DNA of 64,000 nt from an uncultured cyanobacterium. GTDB lineage: Bacteria > Cyanobacteriota > Cyanobacteriia > Phormidesmidales > Phormidesmidaceae. The notes beneath the pieces were generated by a model. The model saw only the letters and a program-made list of their open reading frames with translations. It ran no database searches and was not told where the DNA came from. The DNA is taken from positions 160,001 to 224,000 of the forward strand of contig CAWBZI010000004.1 in the NCBI GenBank assembly GCA_963793265.1, given 5' to 3'. The translations under genes were made by a program, and so were the position numbers. Numbering within the stretch: the stretch's first letter is position 1; each line of letters opens with the position of its first letter. Positions 49,633 through 60,098 of the stretch are shown piece by piece.

Positions 49633-49790
49633 GGTTGTTATTGGGGCGGTAGCGCGAATAGGGAACTGTTAGCGTCGGCCAAAGTTGGCTTTGTCTTGAC
49701 CTTTGTTAGGCTTGATAAGCTTTTGTTAGGGCTTCTTTGGCACGATCTTCCCTTAATAGATGCTGTTTATCCTCGAATGGCACCGCACTT

Positions 49791-51092
49791 ATGAAAACGT
49801 TAGCTTACTTAGACTGTCCGACAGGTATCTCGGGTGATATGTGTTTGGGCGCTTTGGTTCATGCGGGAGTACCTCTGACTTATTTACAAGCTCAGCTCGC
49901 TCGGTTAGGCATTCAAGATGAGTTTCGGCTGCGGGCTGAGTCGGTGCTGCGCAATCAGCAGGCGGCGACTAAGGTTTATGTGGATTTGCTGCACGGTGAT
50001 GATGTTTGTGATCATCACCATCACCACGAACACCATGACAAACATCATCATGACCACAGCCATAGCGGACGACGGCTGCCTGAGATTGAGGCGTTAATTC
50101 AGCAGGCTGACTTGCCAGCGCGGGCAGCAGCTTGGAGTCTGGCGGTGTTCCGTCTGTTGGCTAAAGCTGAGGCAGCGGTGCATGGGATTCCGTCGGAGCA
50201 GGTGCATTTTCATGAGGTGGGGGCGACCGATGCAATTGTAGATATTGTCGGGACGTGTTTGGGACTCGACTGGCTGAAGGTAGATGGGCTGGTGTGTTCG
50301 CCTTTGCCGACAGGGGGAGGGACGGTGCGCTGTGAGCATGGGCTGCTGCCGGTGCCTGCGCCTGCGGTGCTGAGTATGATGGCGAGTGTGAATATGCCAG
50401 TGTATAGCAATGGGATTGAGCGGGAATTGGTGACGCCGACAGGGTGTGCGATCGCTGCCACGCTAGCCGATAGTTTCGGCCCACCACCACAATTCAACTT
50501 ACAAAAGGTGGGCTTAGGGGCAGGTGGTCGTGATTTGGTACTGCCGAATATTTTGCGGCTGTGGATTGGGACAGTGGAAGGCGATCGCACTCAACCAGCA
50601 GCGCACGTAGGACATACACATGCAGAACCTACAGCTAAAGAAGTGCCTGAAACTGAGACGGTTGTAGAGCTGCAAACTCAGCTAGACGATATTTCTCCAC
50701 AGGCGATCGCCTACGTCCTCGATCTTCTTCTCAAAGCGGGTGCACTAGATGTCTTCACTCAGCCAGTGACCATGAAAAAAAGTCGCTTAGGCACGCTGCT
50801 AACGGTGCTATGCCATGAAGACAAAGCAGCGGCCTGTGAGTCGTTACTATTTCGCGAGACGACAACGTTGGGGGTGCGACGTACGCAGCAAAGTCGTTCG
50901 GTATTGGCTAGAGAAATGATGACTGTGGCGACCGACTACGGCGAGATTCCGGTAAAAGTAGCACGGGCTCAGGCAGGCGGCGAGGTGCTGAACGTGCAGC
51001 CGGAGTATGAGGACTGTGCGATCGCTGCTAGGTCGCACAACATCCCATGGCAGCAGGTACATCAGGCGGCGCTGTCCTCCTTTAGTCTCTAG
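49791..51092 (+). CDS. larC: Nickel pincer cofactor biosynthesis protein LarC
   Basis: Motifs [36 protein letters not shown] and PEYED; His-rich linker. Confidence 0.93.
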   Translation: MKTLAYLDCPTGISGDMCLGALVHAGVPLTYLQAQLARLGIQDEFRLRAESVLRNQQAATKVYVDLLHGDDVCDHHHHHEHHDKHHHDHSHSGRRLPEIEALIQQADLPARAAAWSLAVFRLLAKAEAAVHGIPSEQVHFHEVGATDAIVDIVGTCLGLDWLKVDGLVCSPLPTGGGTVRCEHGLLPVPAPAVLSMMASVNMPVYSNGIERELVTPTGCAIAATLADSFGPPPQFNLQKVGLGAGGRDLVLPNILRLWIGTVEGDRTQPAAHVGHTHAEPTAKEVPETETVVELQTQLDDISPQAIAYVLDLLLKAGALDVFTQPVTMKKSRLGTLLTVLCHEDKAAACESLLFRETTTLGVRRTQQSRSVLAREMMTVATDYGEIPVKVARAQAGGEVLNVQPEYEDCAIAARSHNIPWQQVHQAALSSFSL

Positions 51093-52465
51093 TCAGCCAG
51101 GCTTTGCCTTTTCTCTAGCTCAAGTTTGGCTCGTTTTTGAGCGGCTCTAAAGCTGCGAGAGAAAATCCGAAATTCATCGGCAGTCACAGGGCTGGCGTCG
51201 GTGTGCTTAGCAGATACCTGTACAAGGTTGTACTCTACGTTGTCGCTGTAGATAGCAAAGGTGACGCCGCAGATTTCTAGGAACTGAATAATGCTTCTGC
51301 ATTCGGCTTCCATGAACTGCTTGTAGTAGGCAATGAGGTTTGCCAAACGAGCCTCTAAATAGAGCAGAGAGTTGGGCGATATCAAGATAACTTTCAGCAA
51401 AACGACGACGACATTGAGTGGATTGCCGTGAGAGAGCAGCCGCGCGAATAGCATGGAAGGCATATTTTGATCTTCTGTGGTGAGATAGTCAATCAGTCGA
51501 TTGCAGGTTCTAAGGTTTAGAGACGGATCAACGGTGTCGGCATCGAACTCTTTATAGATATCAGGCAGCTTTGGGCCGAGCTGACGTTCTAATAAGCTCA
51601 AAAAATCAGGATCGCTAATTGAAAAGCACAGGTATTCAAGCAGGCTTTCTTTGTAGTCTGCGTAGTCGGCTTCGAGGGTTTGCTGCTGAAACAGGCGCGC
51701 GACGTTGCGATAGCTGTATTTGCCCCTGCGAATAAGGATGGCCTTAATCAGCATCAGCACTTCATCCCCTAGCACGGTGGGATTGATGTACTTGTGGTTG
51801 AGCCGAGAGGAGTTTTGCGAAAAGGCTGTGTACATCGCCAGATCGTGCTTGTACTTATTTTTTAGCCGCTTTGAGAGGGTGCGGGCAGCTTCGCGCTGTT
51901 CTAGTGAGTTGTTTTCATCAACGTATTGGGCGATGAGCTGATATGCAGCGTAGCGGGTGCTCCAAGTGCCGGTTTCGGTGGGGCCGATGCGCTGAATAGC
52001 AAATAGCTGAAGCTCCTCAAAGTCTTTGCTTTCAGCGAAGTTGGTCAGCCATTGTCGCAATCGCTTGAGACTAGGGGAAAGCGTGCTTTTGGTAAGGCTA
52101 GGCTGGGTAAATAGCTCCAGTAGGGTGTGCAGCATGTCGCCCTGGCGAGCGAGATCCCAGTTGTTTACAAAGATGTAGCAGGCACGTTTGAGGGTGTTGC
52201 GAAACTCGGCTTCGTCATCTGCAAACAGTATCTTGTAAAGGAAGGGCGATACGTCTGCATCAAGTGAGTTGCTGTGGCCAAAAAAGATTGATTCAAACTC
52301 TGCGAGGGCTTCGGCAGGTGAGCTTTTGCGGACGGCTTCTAGCAAATCGTCATAAATCTGCTGCTGTGCGACGTAGAAGTCCATCGACATCTGGCGATTT
52401 GAATTACTTTGGCCGCTGCCTTCAGGCGGTTGGTTTTGATATTGAAATTTGCTACCTACAACCAT
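51089..52465 (-). CDS. Conserved cyanobacterial hypothetical protein
   Basis: 458-aa ORF with normal composition; motifs [13 protein letters not shown] and [11 protein letters not shown]. Confidence 0.8.
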   Translation of the reverse strand: MVVGSKFQYQNQPPEGSGQSNSNRQMSMDFYVAQQQIYDDLLEAVRKSSPAEALAEFESIFFGHSNSLDADVSPFLYKILFADDEAEFRNTLKRACYIFVNNWDLARQGDMLHTLLELFTQPSLTKSTLSPSLKRLRQWLTNFAESKDFEELQLFAIQRIGPTETGTWSTRYAAYQLIAQYVDENNSLEQREAARTLSKRLKNKYKHDLAMYTAFSQNSSRLNHKYINPTVLGDEVLMLIKAILIRRGKYSYRNVARLFQQQTLEADYADYKESLLEYLCFSISDPDFLSLLERQLGPKLPDIYKEFDADTVDPSLNLRTCNRLIDYLTTEDQNMPSMLFARLLSHGNPLNVVVVLLKVILISPNSLLYLEARLANLIAYYKQFMEAECRSIIQFLEICGVTFAIYSDNVEYNLVQVSAKHTDASPVTADEFRIFSRSFRAAQKRAKLELEKRQSLAD

Positions 52466-52586
52466 CGCAACACACTTAACTAGATAAAGAGCAAACTAAA
52501 GGGCGGAGCTACACCCGCATAGATTGCCCGCTACTAGCGATAAAAGTCGTATTTGATTGATTTAAGTTGATAAGTGAAGTTATTGA

Positions 52587-52670
52587 TGGGGGCGGGGGGA
52601 CTTGAACCCCCACGACTTTTACAGTCAACGGATTTTAAATCCGCAGCGTCTACCATTCCGCCACGCCCCC
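52587..52670 (-). tRNA. trnL: tRNA-Leu (anticodon UAA), intronless
   Basis: GGGGGCG acceptor stem; D-loop GGAATGGTAGAC; anticodon arm GCGGA-TTTAAAA-TCCGT; long variable arm; T-loop GTTCAAGT; CCA not encoded. Confidence 0.95.
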
Positions 52671-52860
52671 TAGTTGTCCGACATGAGCCGAACTCACGGC
52701 CCTTTGGGTTTTTGCCAAACTCACAGATACCTATTCCACCACCAAGCGGGCATGTACGCAACTATTTTGCAGGCCAAAAAAGATGTGTCTGCCTGAAGAT
52801 GCGCTGGAATCGGTGCTTAAGCTCTACTATATATAGAGCAAATATTTTCTTTGTATATAG

Positions 52861-53097
52861 ATGACCTTTCCTGCGCTTGAAACGTCTACTTTATTAGGCA
52901 TCGCTACCTACGCCATCGTAGCTGGACTGTATTTATTGGTTATTCCAGGAGCGCTACTGTATTACGTTAAGGCGCGGTTTAACGACACGGGCTCTATTGA
53001 GCGGCTGTGCCTCTACGGCTTGGTGCTGGTGTTTTTCCCTGGAATGCTGCTGCTAAGCCCGTTCTTGAACTTTCGACCTAAGCGCCGCGAAGTGTAA
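52861..53097 (+). CDS. ndhL: NDH-1 subunit L
   Basis: YLLVIP...YVKAR...IERL..YGLVLVFFPGMLLLSPFLNFRPKRRE; ndhL-DUF3007-trpA gene order. Confidence 0.92.
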   Translation: MTFPALETSTLLGIATYAIVAGLYLLVIPGALLYYVKARFNDTGSIERLCLYGLVLVFFPGMLLLSPFLNFRPKRREV

Positions 53098-53126
53098 AAG
53101 AAGCTGAACACGATAGGGCGGTTGTG

Positions 53127-53474
53127 ATGCGAAGAATTGATGTAATTGGCATTGGCATTGGTGTTTTTGCGGCGGGTGGTCTGCTGTATTTAGCGTTTTC
53201 GTGGGCGGGGCTAGATGGCCTGTCGGCAGGAATTTGGAGTCAGGTGGTGTTTGTCGCTGGGCTGCTGGGCTGGACGGCGACGTATATTTCACGGGCGCTG
53301 GGTAAAAAGATGACCTATTACCAGCAGCTTGAGGACTATGAGGACGCGGTGCTGCAAAAGCGACTAGAAGAGATGAGCCCAGATGAGATTGCGGCGCTTC
53401 AGGCAGAAGTAGAGGCGGAGCGGGCGGCGGCTGAGGCGATCGCGCCAGAAAAGGAACCCAGTCCGAGGGCGTAA
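53127..53474 (+). CDS. DUF3007 family protein
   Basis: MRRIDVIGIG...MTYYQQLEDYE...LQKRLEEM. Confidence 0.88.
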   Translation: MRRIDVIGIGIGVFAAGGLLYLAFSWAGLDGLSAGIWSQVVFVAGLLGWTATYISRALGKKMTYYQQLEDYEDAVLQKRLEEMSPDEIAALQAEVEAERAAAEAIAPEKEPSPRA

Positions 53475-53526
53475 GGCTTGCCAGAAGGGTATAAGATCCG
53501 GTGGTTAGGTATGCCGGAATATTTTT

Positions 53527-54321
53527 ATGGTGTCTGTTAAAGAGCAGTTCGATCGGTTGCGAGCGGCGGGGGAGTGCGCGCTAATTCCGTTTATCACAGC
53601 AGGCGATCCTGATTTGGAGACGACGGCTAAGGCTTTGCAGGTGCTCGATGAGAACGGGGCGGATTTGATTGAGCTAGGTGTGCCCTATGCCGATCCGCTG
53701 GCAGACGGGCCGACGATTCAGGCGGCGGCGACGCGATCGCTCAGGCAAGGCACCACGTTAGAAGCCGTGCTCGATTTGGTTAAAGCTGTAAGCCCAAAGC
53801 TCTCAGCTCCGATCATTTTGTTTACCTACTACAATCCGGTGCTCAACCGAGGCGTAGAAACCTTTTTAAAAGACATCTACGCGGCGGGCGCGCGAGGGCT
53901 AGTGGTGCCTGATTTGCCGCTAGAAGAAATGGACGATTTGCTAACGGCGGCGGCGGCGGTTGGCATCGCGGTGATTTTGCTGGTTGCACCTACCTCGCCT
54001 GATGAAAGGATTAAAGAAATTGTGGCGCGATCGCAAGGCTTTGTCTATTTGGTGAGTGTGACCGGCGTAACGGGTGTTCGCCAGGAAGTTGCCAACCGCG
54101 TAGAAGGGCTCTTAGCTGACTTGCACCAGGCAACCGATAAGCCAATTGGCGTCGGCTTTGGCGTGTCTGAACCAGCCCAGGCAAAGCAGCTCAAAGATTG
54201 GGGCGCAGACGGTGTAATTGTAGGAAGTGCGATAGTGAAGCGCTTGGCTGGTGGTGCGCCTGAAGAGGGGTTAGCTGCTGTCGCTGAATTTTGTGCTCAG
54301 CTTAAGACGGCTATTCAGTAG
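53527..54321 (+). CDS. trpA: Tryptophan synthase alpha chain
   Basis: Motifs [31 protein letters not shown] and GVIVGSA. Confidence 0.97.
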   Translation: MVSVKEQFDRLRAAGECALIPFITAGDPDLETTAKALQVLDENGADLIELGVPYADPLADGPTIQAAATRSLRQGTTLEAVLDLVKAVSPKLSAPIILFTYYNPVLNRGVETFLKDIYAAGARGLVVPDLPLEEMDDLLTAAAAVGIAVILLVAPTSPDERIKEIVARSQGFVYLVSVTGVTGVRQEVANRVEGLLADLHQATDKPIGVGFGVSEPAQAKQLKDWGADGVIVGSAIVKRLAGGAPEEGLAAVAEFCAQLKTAIQ

Positions 54322-54350
54322 CACCTGATCTCTGAGCGCTTGATCCTTTC

Positions 54351-54518
54351 TCAATTCTCTTTCTTTTCTTCCTTGCGCGCTGCTTTGATCACGTTTTCTA
54401 GCGCAACCGCTAGGTCAGGGGGAGACTTTTGTTTCTTTTTGGGTGGGGATAAGGCGGCGTGAGTGCTGATGAAAACTAGAATGCCAGCGATTGCAAGAAT
54501 AGGCAGGATAGGTAGCAT
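54351..54518 (-). CDS. Small single-TM/signal-peptide protein (55 aa)
   Basis: MLPILPILAIAGILVFISTHAALSPP plus a Lys/Glu-rich tail; N-terminus resembles the neighbouring gene. Confidence 0.6.
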   Translation of the reverse strand: MLPILPILAIAGILVFISTHAALSPPKKKQKSPPDLAVALENVIKAARKEEKKEN

Positions 54519-54741
54519 GTTGCAGGGTTGTCTAGAGGGTAGATGTTGCTTTTTTAGCTGTGTAAGTTTTAGCTGTGTAAGTTTTTTCGAGGCACCCATA
54601 TCGGCGATTGTGCTACACAAGGTTTGATCGACGCAGTAAAGTAAGCGACCAAATGCTACACAAGTGCTTGTGTAAGACTACTGCTTTTTTCTGGCAGATA
54701 GAACAAAAATTACCTGCTCTCTAAGAAATTTCACTGACTAA

Positions 54742-54781
54742 TAAAGGCCAGCTTCACGACTAAATGTGAGGCTGGCCTTTA
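54742..54781. terminator. Strong hairpin, probable terminator of the 54869-55105 gene
   Basis: TAAAGGCCAGCTTCAC-GACTAAAT-GTGAGGCTGGCCTTTA. Confidence 0.7.
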
Positions 54782-54868
54782 CTTAAGCCATCTGAATTTG
54801 ATTTAGCTGTCTGTGGTTTCTGTTGATACAGCGTTGAGCGACGTGATTATAGAGAAACCATCTTGCGG

Positions 54869-55105
54869 CTAATAGCGATCTCTATCTCTCGGTCTATCAT
54901 AGCCGCTAGAGGATCGTCCTCTGTCTCTATCGTAATCCTGAGAGTAGCTTTTAGAGCGCGCTCTGCCTTTGGCGTTTCTGCCTCTAGAGCCCGATGAGCG
55001 ATAGTCTCTATCTTGATAGTAGCGGGGTGGCGCACTAGCAGCAGCGTGAGCGCTAATGAACATAAAGACGATGATGATTGCGACGATGGGAAAAAATGCT
55101 GGCAT
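54869..55105 (-). CDS. Small single-TM/signal-peptide protein with an R/S/D/Y-rich tail (78 aa)
   Basis: MPAFFPIVAIIIVFMFISAHAAASAPP plus RDRD/RSS low-complexity sequence. Confidence 0.6.
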   Translation of the reverse strand: MPAFFPIVAIIIVFMFISAHAAASAPPRYYQDRDYRSSGSRGRNAKGRARSKSYSQDYDRDRGRSSSGYDRPRDRDRY

Positions 55106-55308
55106 AATAGATACCGCCTAGTACAAGACTGGCTCAGTTACGATACAAGACGTATTTTTCAGATTTACCTATGGGTAAGCCTATGGAACAACACGCCTGC
55201 TAAGACACTGCCTTTAGCAGTATCTTCACTTACAAAGTAACGAAACTTTACACAGTTACCTCCGTAATACTACTGATATTGTCATCATTTGTCTATATTC
55301 TGCAGAGA

Positions 55309-57030
55309 TCATTCAGCATTTAAGTGAGATGACGGGTTGTCCGCCGAACTGACAGACGGCGTGACCTCGCTCGGCATACCGCTCCAAACCACACGCACAT
55401 CGCGCTGAGGAAATGGGATCTCGACGCCTTCTTTTCGCAGGGCTTTGCTGAGCATAAACAGCAAGTCGCTTTTAATGATGAACTGACGACTGGGCTGAGC
55501 GACCCATACTAGCAGGTCAAATTCTAGAGCGCTGTCACCAAAGTTCTTAAAAAGGACAGTTGCAGGCGGCGTGTCGAGCACGTCTGGGTGGGATTTGCCT
55601 GTTTGTAGCAGAATTTCTTTTACAATTTCAGGATCAGACTTATAGGCGACGCCTACTGGAATGCGAATGCGCGAAATTGGGTTGCGATGGCTCCAGTTAA
55701 CAACTTCGTTTTCTAGAAACTGAGAATTTGGCACGATAATAGACACCTGGTCTAGCGTGCGAATTTCAGTAGAGCGCGCGCCAATTCTTTCGACGGTACC
55801 GGCTTGATCGCTGATCTGGACAAATTCTCCGACCTGTACGGGGCGCTCAAATACAATCACCAAACCGCTGCCAATATCTTTGACGATGTTTTGCAAGCCT
55901 AAGCCTGCGCCGACGCCAAGGGCGCTAGCTAGCAGTGTGAGCGAGCTGAGGTTAATACCGGAGGCTTGCAGCACAACGATTGAGCCGATGAAGATGAGGG
56001 TGTAGCGCAAGATAATGGTGACGGCTTCTTGTACGCCTCGGTTAACGCCGGTTTCTTGTAGCACTCTGCGCTTAAGGACGTTGGAGATGATGCCTGCGAT
56101 CACCATAACCAGCAGTATCAAAATCAGGACTCGAAAAATATCTAGGATGGAAACGCTGCTGCTGCCGAGCTGAATGGTGTCGGCGGTGAAGGAGTCGGTG
56201 AGTTCGGAGACGACGCTGTAGCTGACGCTGCGCGTTTCGGGAAAGAGATTGGTGGCATAGAGCAGCGCGCCAATCCAAATGCCTGAGCGTAGGAGTAAGA
56301 GCGTGGCGTTGAGAAATAGATTGACGGCGGTGAACCCCTCCATGCTTTTTTTAGCTTTGGGGTCTTCTTTGCTGTCGGTGGTGGCTGATTTGAGGAACTG
56401 GGCGAGGTAGTTTCGCCAGAGGATGCCTGATAGCCAGTGGGCGATCGCAGCAATGAAAGGCACTACTGGAATCTGCCACAGGTTGCGGCGAATGTAGTCA
56501 CTCTGGCGCTGCTGCTTGGCAATGGCAAACGTGCTTTCTAGCTTATCAGCCCATATTTGGGCTTGCTCGGTAGGCGTGAGGCCACTTTCAGCATCGCTGG
56601 CAGTTACCGTGAAGTTGGCTCTGACAGTCGGATCTTCTAGGGTTGGTGCCCCTAGCCACACGGTCGCTAGCCTACCGGCCTCTGTGGTGAGCACCTCGGT
56701 TTCCGGCTCTAGCTGGGCTTGGGCAAATGCCTGCAGTCTGCGGCTGATGGTGTTGGCGCGAGCCGTGGCGCTGGCCGTGGTCGCGGTGTCTTTTATCCGA
56801 AAAACAGACCGACCGTCAACGACCACGGGCGCTGATTCTTCGTTGAGGGTCATGCTGGTGGGAAATAGCGCCCAGGGTGCGAAAAAGGGGAGGGCGATCG
56901 CGATGGTGAAGCTCAAAACAGCGCCGACAACAAGGCGAGCAATACGCTGCGGTCGGTGACGATCTTTGAGTTTTTTACTGAGGCTCGCTCTCGAACTCGC
57001 TGGCGGAACGGTCGGGGGGCTGTTGTTCAC
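55309..57030 (-). CDS. MscS-family mechanosensitive channel (paralog of 11046-12746)
   Basis: Motifs GVGAGLGLQNIVKDIGSG, FERPVQVGE and EIPFPQRDV. Confidence 0.92.
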   Translation of the reverse strand: MNNSPPTVPPASSRASLSKKLKDRHRPQRIARLVVGAVLSFTIAIALPFFAPWALFPTSMTLNEESAPVVVDGRSVFRIKDTATTASATARANTISRRLQAFAQAQLEPETEVLTTEAGRLATVWLGAPTLEDPTVRANFTVTASDAESGLTPTEQAQIWADKLESTFAIAKQQRQSDYIRRNLWQIPVVPFIAAIAHWLSGILWRNYLAQFLKSATTDSKEDPKAKKSMEGFTAVNLFLNATLLLLRSGIWIGALLYATNLFPETRSVSYSVVSELTDSFTADTIQLGSSSVSILDIFRVLILILLVMVIAGIISNVLKRRVLQETGVNRGVQEAVTIILRYTLIFIGSIVVLQASGINLSSLTLLASALGVGAGLGLQNIVKDIGSGLVIVFERPVQVGEFVQISDQAGTVERIGARSTEIRTLDQVSIIVPNSQFLENEVVNWSHRNPISRIRIPVGVAYKSDPEIVKEILLQTGKSHPDVLDTPPATVLFKNFGDSALEFDLLVWVAQPSRQFIIKSDLLFMLSKALRKEGVEIPFPQRDVRVVWSGMPSEVTPSVSSADNPSSHLNAE

Positions 57031-57140
57031 AGGGCGCTTGGCAAAGGGGGCTTCGGCAGGACGTTTTTAGCTTAGTTGACGGGTGTTATTTTGGTACGAT
57101 CGCGCTAAGAATTTTTGAGAAGATTTCTTGGCCTAATGCC

Positions 57141-57827
57141 TTAGTGCTTCACTGATCGCCGCTGGATCAATAGCGGCAACGCTGAAAGCAGCATGAGGAC
57201 AACCAGGCAGCAGAACAAAGGCAATAGGTCGCCGCTGCTAAGTGCTTCAGCGCCTGTGACGCCTAGCCAGGTGTATGCCAGCGTACCAGGAACGATGCCG
57301 ATGAGCGTTCCGAGCGCATAGGCTCTAATCGAGACAGGCGTAAGCCCTAAAGCAAAGTTAACGACGTTAAAAGGGGAGACGGGGGAGAAGCGAATGAGTA
57401 GTATGCAGCCTAAGCCCTGGGTGCATAGCGTTTCGTTTAGCTTTTTGAATAGGGGGCGATGGGCGAACTTTTTTTGGAAGCGATCGCGCATCAGATACCG
57501 CGCCACCCAAAACGCGCCAATAGCCCCCATCGTCGCGCCGATAGCAGAAAGCACGGTGCCCCACCAAATGCCATACACCGCGCCGCCGACGACAACCAGC
57601 AAAGTGCCAGGTACGCCAATAGTGTTGGCGATAGTGTGCGCTGCTAGAAATAGCAATACGCTGCGGACAGGCGAGGTGTCTGCGCTCGAAAAAAACTGGA
57701 TGAGCGTTTGGCGGTTGAAGATGAGAGCTAGCGATCGCCCAATAGCTGCCCAGCCAATAAGGCTCCCGCCTACGACAATAATGAATGTCAGCAGGCAGAA
57801 GCCCCAGAATTTTCGATTGAATTTCAT
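57141..57827 (-). CDS. TVP38/TMEM64 (DedA/SNARE-associated) membrane protein
   Basis: Motifs GVPGTLLVVVGGAVYG and IRFSPVSPFNVVNFALGLT. Confidence 0.9.
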   Translation of the reverse strand: MKFNRKFWGFCLLTFIIVVGGSLIGWAAIGRSLALIFNRQTLIQFFSSADTSPVRSVLLFLAAHTIANTIGVPGTLLVVVGGAVYGIWWGTVLSAIGATMGAIGAFWVARYLMRDRFQKKFAHRPLFKKLNETLCTQGLGCILLIRFSPVSPFNVVNFALGLTPVSIRAYALGTLIGIVPGTLAYTWLGVTGAEALSSGDLLPLFCCLVVLMLLSALPLLIQRRSVKH

Positions 57828-57897
57828 AAGTTAGCGATCGCGAAAGGCGCTGCGTGAAGCCGCTAGCGCCTCTGTGAAGTCTTCAGGTGTAGAGTTT

Positions 57898-58713
57898 TTA
57901 GACTACATCTGCGGGCGTTTTTTCCGCTTCTGGAACTGCCTCATTAAGCGCCTTTTTAGCAATTTTAGCGATATAGAGCGATATCGCCACAATGGTCACA
58001 AGAACCAGAATGCGGATAATCCAGCCAATAACGACTTCTTGAGGAGAGGCTGTGGTCGTTTCTTGACCGATCATAGCCACATCACCCACAAGCGAGCCTA
58101 AGTAAACGTACATGATGGTGCCGGGAATGATGCCGGTGGTTCCTAATACGTAATCTTTGAGAGAGACTTTTGTTAGGCCGAGCGCGTAGTTGAGCAGGTT
58201 GAATGGAAACGCAGGCGAAAGGCGAATTAAGAAGATGAGCTTCAGACCTTCTTCGGCAATTGAATTGTCTAGTGAGTTGAAGAAACGGTTGCCTTCTACC
58301 TTTTTAGCAATCCAGTCGCGAGCAATAAATCGTCCGATTAAGAAGGCGGCGGTTGCGCCAATCATTGCGCCAACAAATACTAGAAGCGAGCCGATATAAA
58401 CGCCAAAGATAGCGCCTGCGCCTAAGGTAATAACAGAAGCTGGTAAGAAGGCAACAGTGACAATTACATAGCCGATTAAAAAGACAATGTATTTAATCGA
58501 GCCTAAATTATCAATCCACTGAAGCGCATTGCCAAGCTGATCTTGCAGTTGAGAGAATATTGCAAAAGGCCCAGAAGCTTGAGCGGCACCTTCTTGCGCC
58601 CAGGCTGGGCCAACGGCTAAAAGTAGACTGCCCAACAGCGCGAACAACAAAATTTTAGTGACTTGCCGGACGCGTTTGGGCAAAAGAGAGAATAGAAACT
58701 CAGGAAAGCTCAT
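57898..58713 (-). CDS. TVP38/TMEM64 (DedA/SNARE-associated) membrane protein
   Basis: Motifs FLPASVITLGAGAIFG and IRLSPAFPFNLLNYALGLT. Confidence 0.9.
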   Translation of the reverse strand: MSFPEFLFSLLPKRVRQVTKILLFALLGSLLLAVGPAWAQEGAAQASGPFAIFSQLQDQLGNALQWIDNLGSIKYIVFLIGYVIVTVAFLPASVITLGAGAIFGVYIGSLLVFVGAMIGATAAFLIGRFIARDWIAKKVEGNRFFNSLDNSIAEEGLKLIFLIRLSPAFPFNLLNYALGLTKVSLKDYVLGTTGIIPGTIMYVYLGSLVGDVAMIGQETTTASPQEVVIGWIIRILVLVTIVAISLYIAKIAKKALNEAVPEAEKTPADVV

Positions 58714-58762
58714 GAGAAAATCCTTTAGAGAACAAAGAGAAGATGAACTAGGAAAAACAAAC

Positions 58763-59806
58763 CTATAACAGCGAGCCGCCACAGCTAGAACCGCTACCTG
58801 CCGTGCACCCGTAGCAGTAAGGCCGCGTTGCAATCTGTTCGATCAGATCGACAGAATTAGCCTTGAGTAGATGGCTCACGGTGAGAGCGCTGCCATCTGG
58901 GGTGCGGGCGGGCAGGCTTTCCATTTGATTAAAGTCGCAGTCATACAGGTTGCCAAGATAGTCTACAGATAGTTCGTTACGACACATCAGATGCTCTACG
59001 GTGCTGGCGTTGTGATGATTCTCTAAGAACTTTAGGTAGGGCTGGTGAATGTTGCGGTGCTGTAGATGAAACTTGGTGCGGCCAATTGGGAGGTTGGTGA
59101 TGGTGAAAAGACTGTTGAAGACAATGCCGAAGTTTTTGTTGAGGTAGGCGGTGTAGTCTTTTTGCAGTGCCCCCTGATCGGGGGTGAGTGAGAAGTCTGT
59201 CGTGCTGGGAACAAGTGGGTTGTATACCAAATCCAGTACAAGATCAGGGTCGGTGCCGTAGCCTAATGCGTTGAGCTTTTGGATAGCGCGTACAGAGTCG
59301 TTGTAAACGCCTTTGCCGCGCATGGCATCCACGTTGTCCTCTAGATAACAAGGAAGAGAGGCGACGACATGGAGCTGGTGTTTGGCAAAGTACTCAGGCA
59401 GGTCTTCGTAGCCGGGCTCAAAGAAGACGGTGAGGTTTGAGCGCACGATCACGTCTTTGCCTTTGGCTCTGGCGGCTTCTACTAGGGGCCGAAAGCCGTA
59501 GTTCATCTCGGGGGCTCCGCCTGTAAGATCAACCGTTTGGATTTGATCGAAGCGGTTGATAACAGCTAAAAGCTGGTCGCAAACTTCGGGAGATAGCTCT
59601 TCAGTGCGATGTGGGCCTGCTTCTACGTGGCAGTGGCTACAGCTCAGGTTGCAGCGACGGCCTAAGTTTATTTGCAGAACGCTGATGGCGCGTTTGGCTA
59701 GAGGCGAGCCGACTTTGGTATCAAAAGGTGTGATGGATAGGTGCTTGGCCGTCGAAGCAGGTTTGATAGCTGTTTGATCTATTTTGGGTGGAGATGTTTG
59801 AACCAT
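58763..59806 (-). CDS. arsS: Arsenosugar biosynthesis radical SAM protein ArsS (Cys-rich C-terminus)
   Basis: LQINLGRRCNLSCSHCHVEAGP; DLTGGAPE; ASLPCY; LYDCDFNQM; C-terminal CYGCTAGSGSSCGG. Confidence 0.88.
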   Translation of the reverse strand: MVQTSPPKIDQTAIKPASTAKHLSITPFDTKVGSPLAKRAISVLQINLGRRCNLSCSHCHVEAGPHRTEELSPEVCDQLLAVINRFDQIQTVDLTGGAPEMNYGFRPLVEAARAKGKDVIVRSNLTVFFEPGYEDLPEYFAKHQLHVVASLPCYLEDNVDAMRGKGVYNDSVRAIQKLNALGYGTDPDLVLDLVYNPLVPSTTDFSLTPDQGALQKDYTAYLNKNFGIVFNSLFTITNLPIGRTKFHLQHRNIHQPYLKFLENHHNASTVEHLMCRNELSVDYLGNLYDCDFNQMESLPARTPDGSALTVSHLLKANSVDLIEQIATRPYCYGCTAGSGSSCGGSLL

Positions 59807-60098
59807 AGATTTGAAGGATGGAAACTAAAAAGGAAATGCTAGGCGCGTTTTGCTAGAACGTTTTACCAGGCGCGTTAGCTTTTTAGCTTAATGGTGTTTA
59901 GGGATGAATTTGAATCGCTTAACACTCTTTCTATTAGGTGCTATTAAAGGGGGTGATTCTGAGTTTTCGATTAGAGGCTGCTGGGAAGTTACAGAAGTAT
60001 ATGCCCTCAACAAACTATGATTTGCCTATCAGCGTCCTCTCAGGCTGGGTCAGTATGGTGAAAGCAGCTCACATCAAGCTTCTTACGAAGAAAAGCGC

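Noticed and set aside
52534..52864. ORFs 52534-52761 and 52574-52864
   Set aside because: They overlap the tRNA-Leu gene and are spurious translations.
55219..55234. GTA-N8-TAC (AGTATCTTCACTTACA) upstream of the microprotein gene
   Set aside because: There is no properly spaced -10 box, and such a short motif occurs often by chance.
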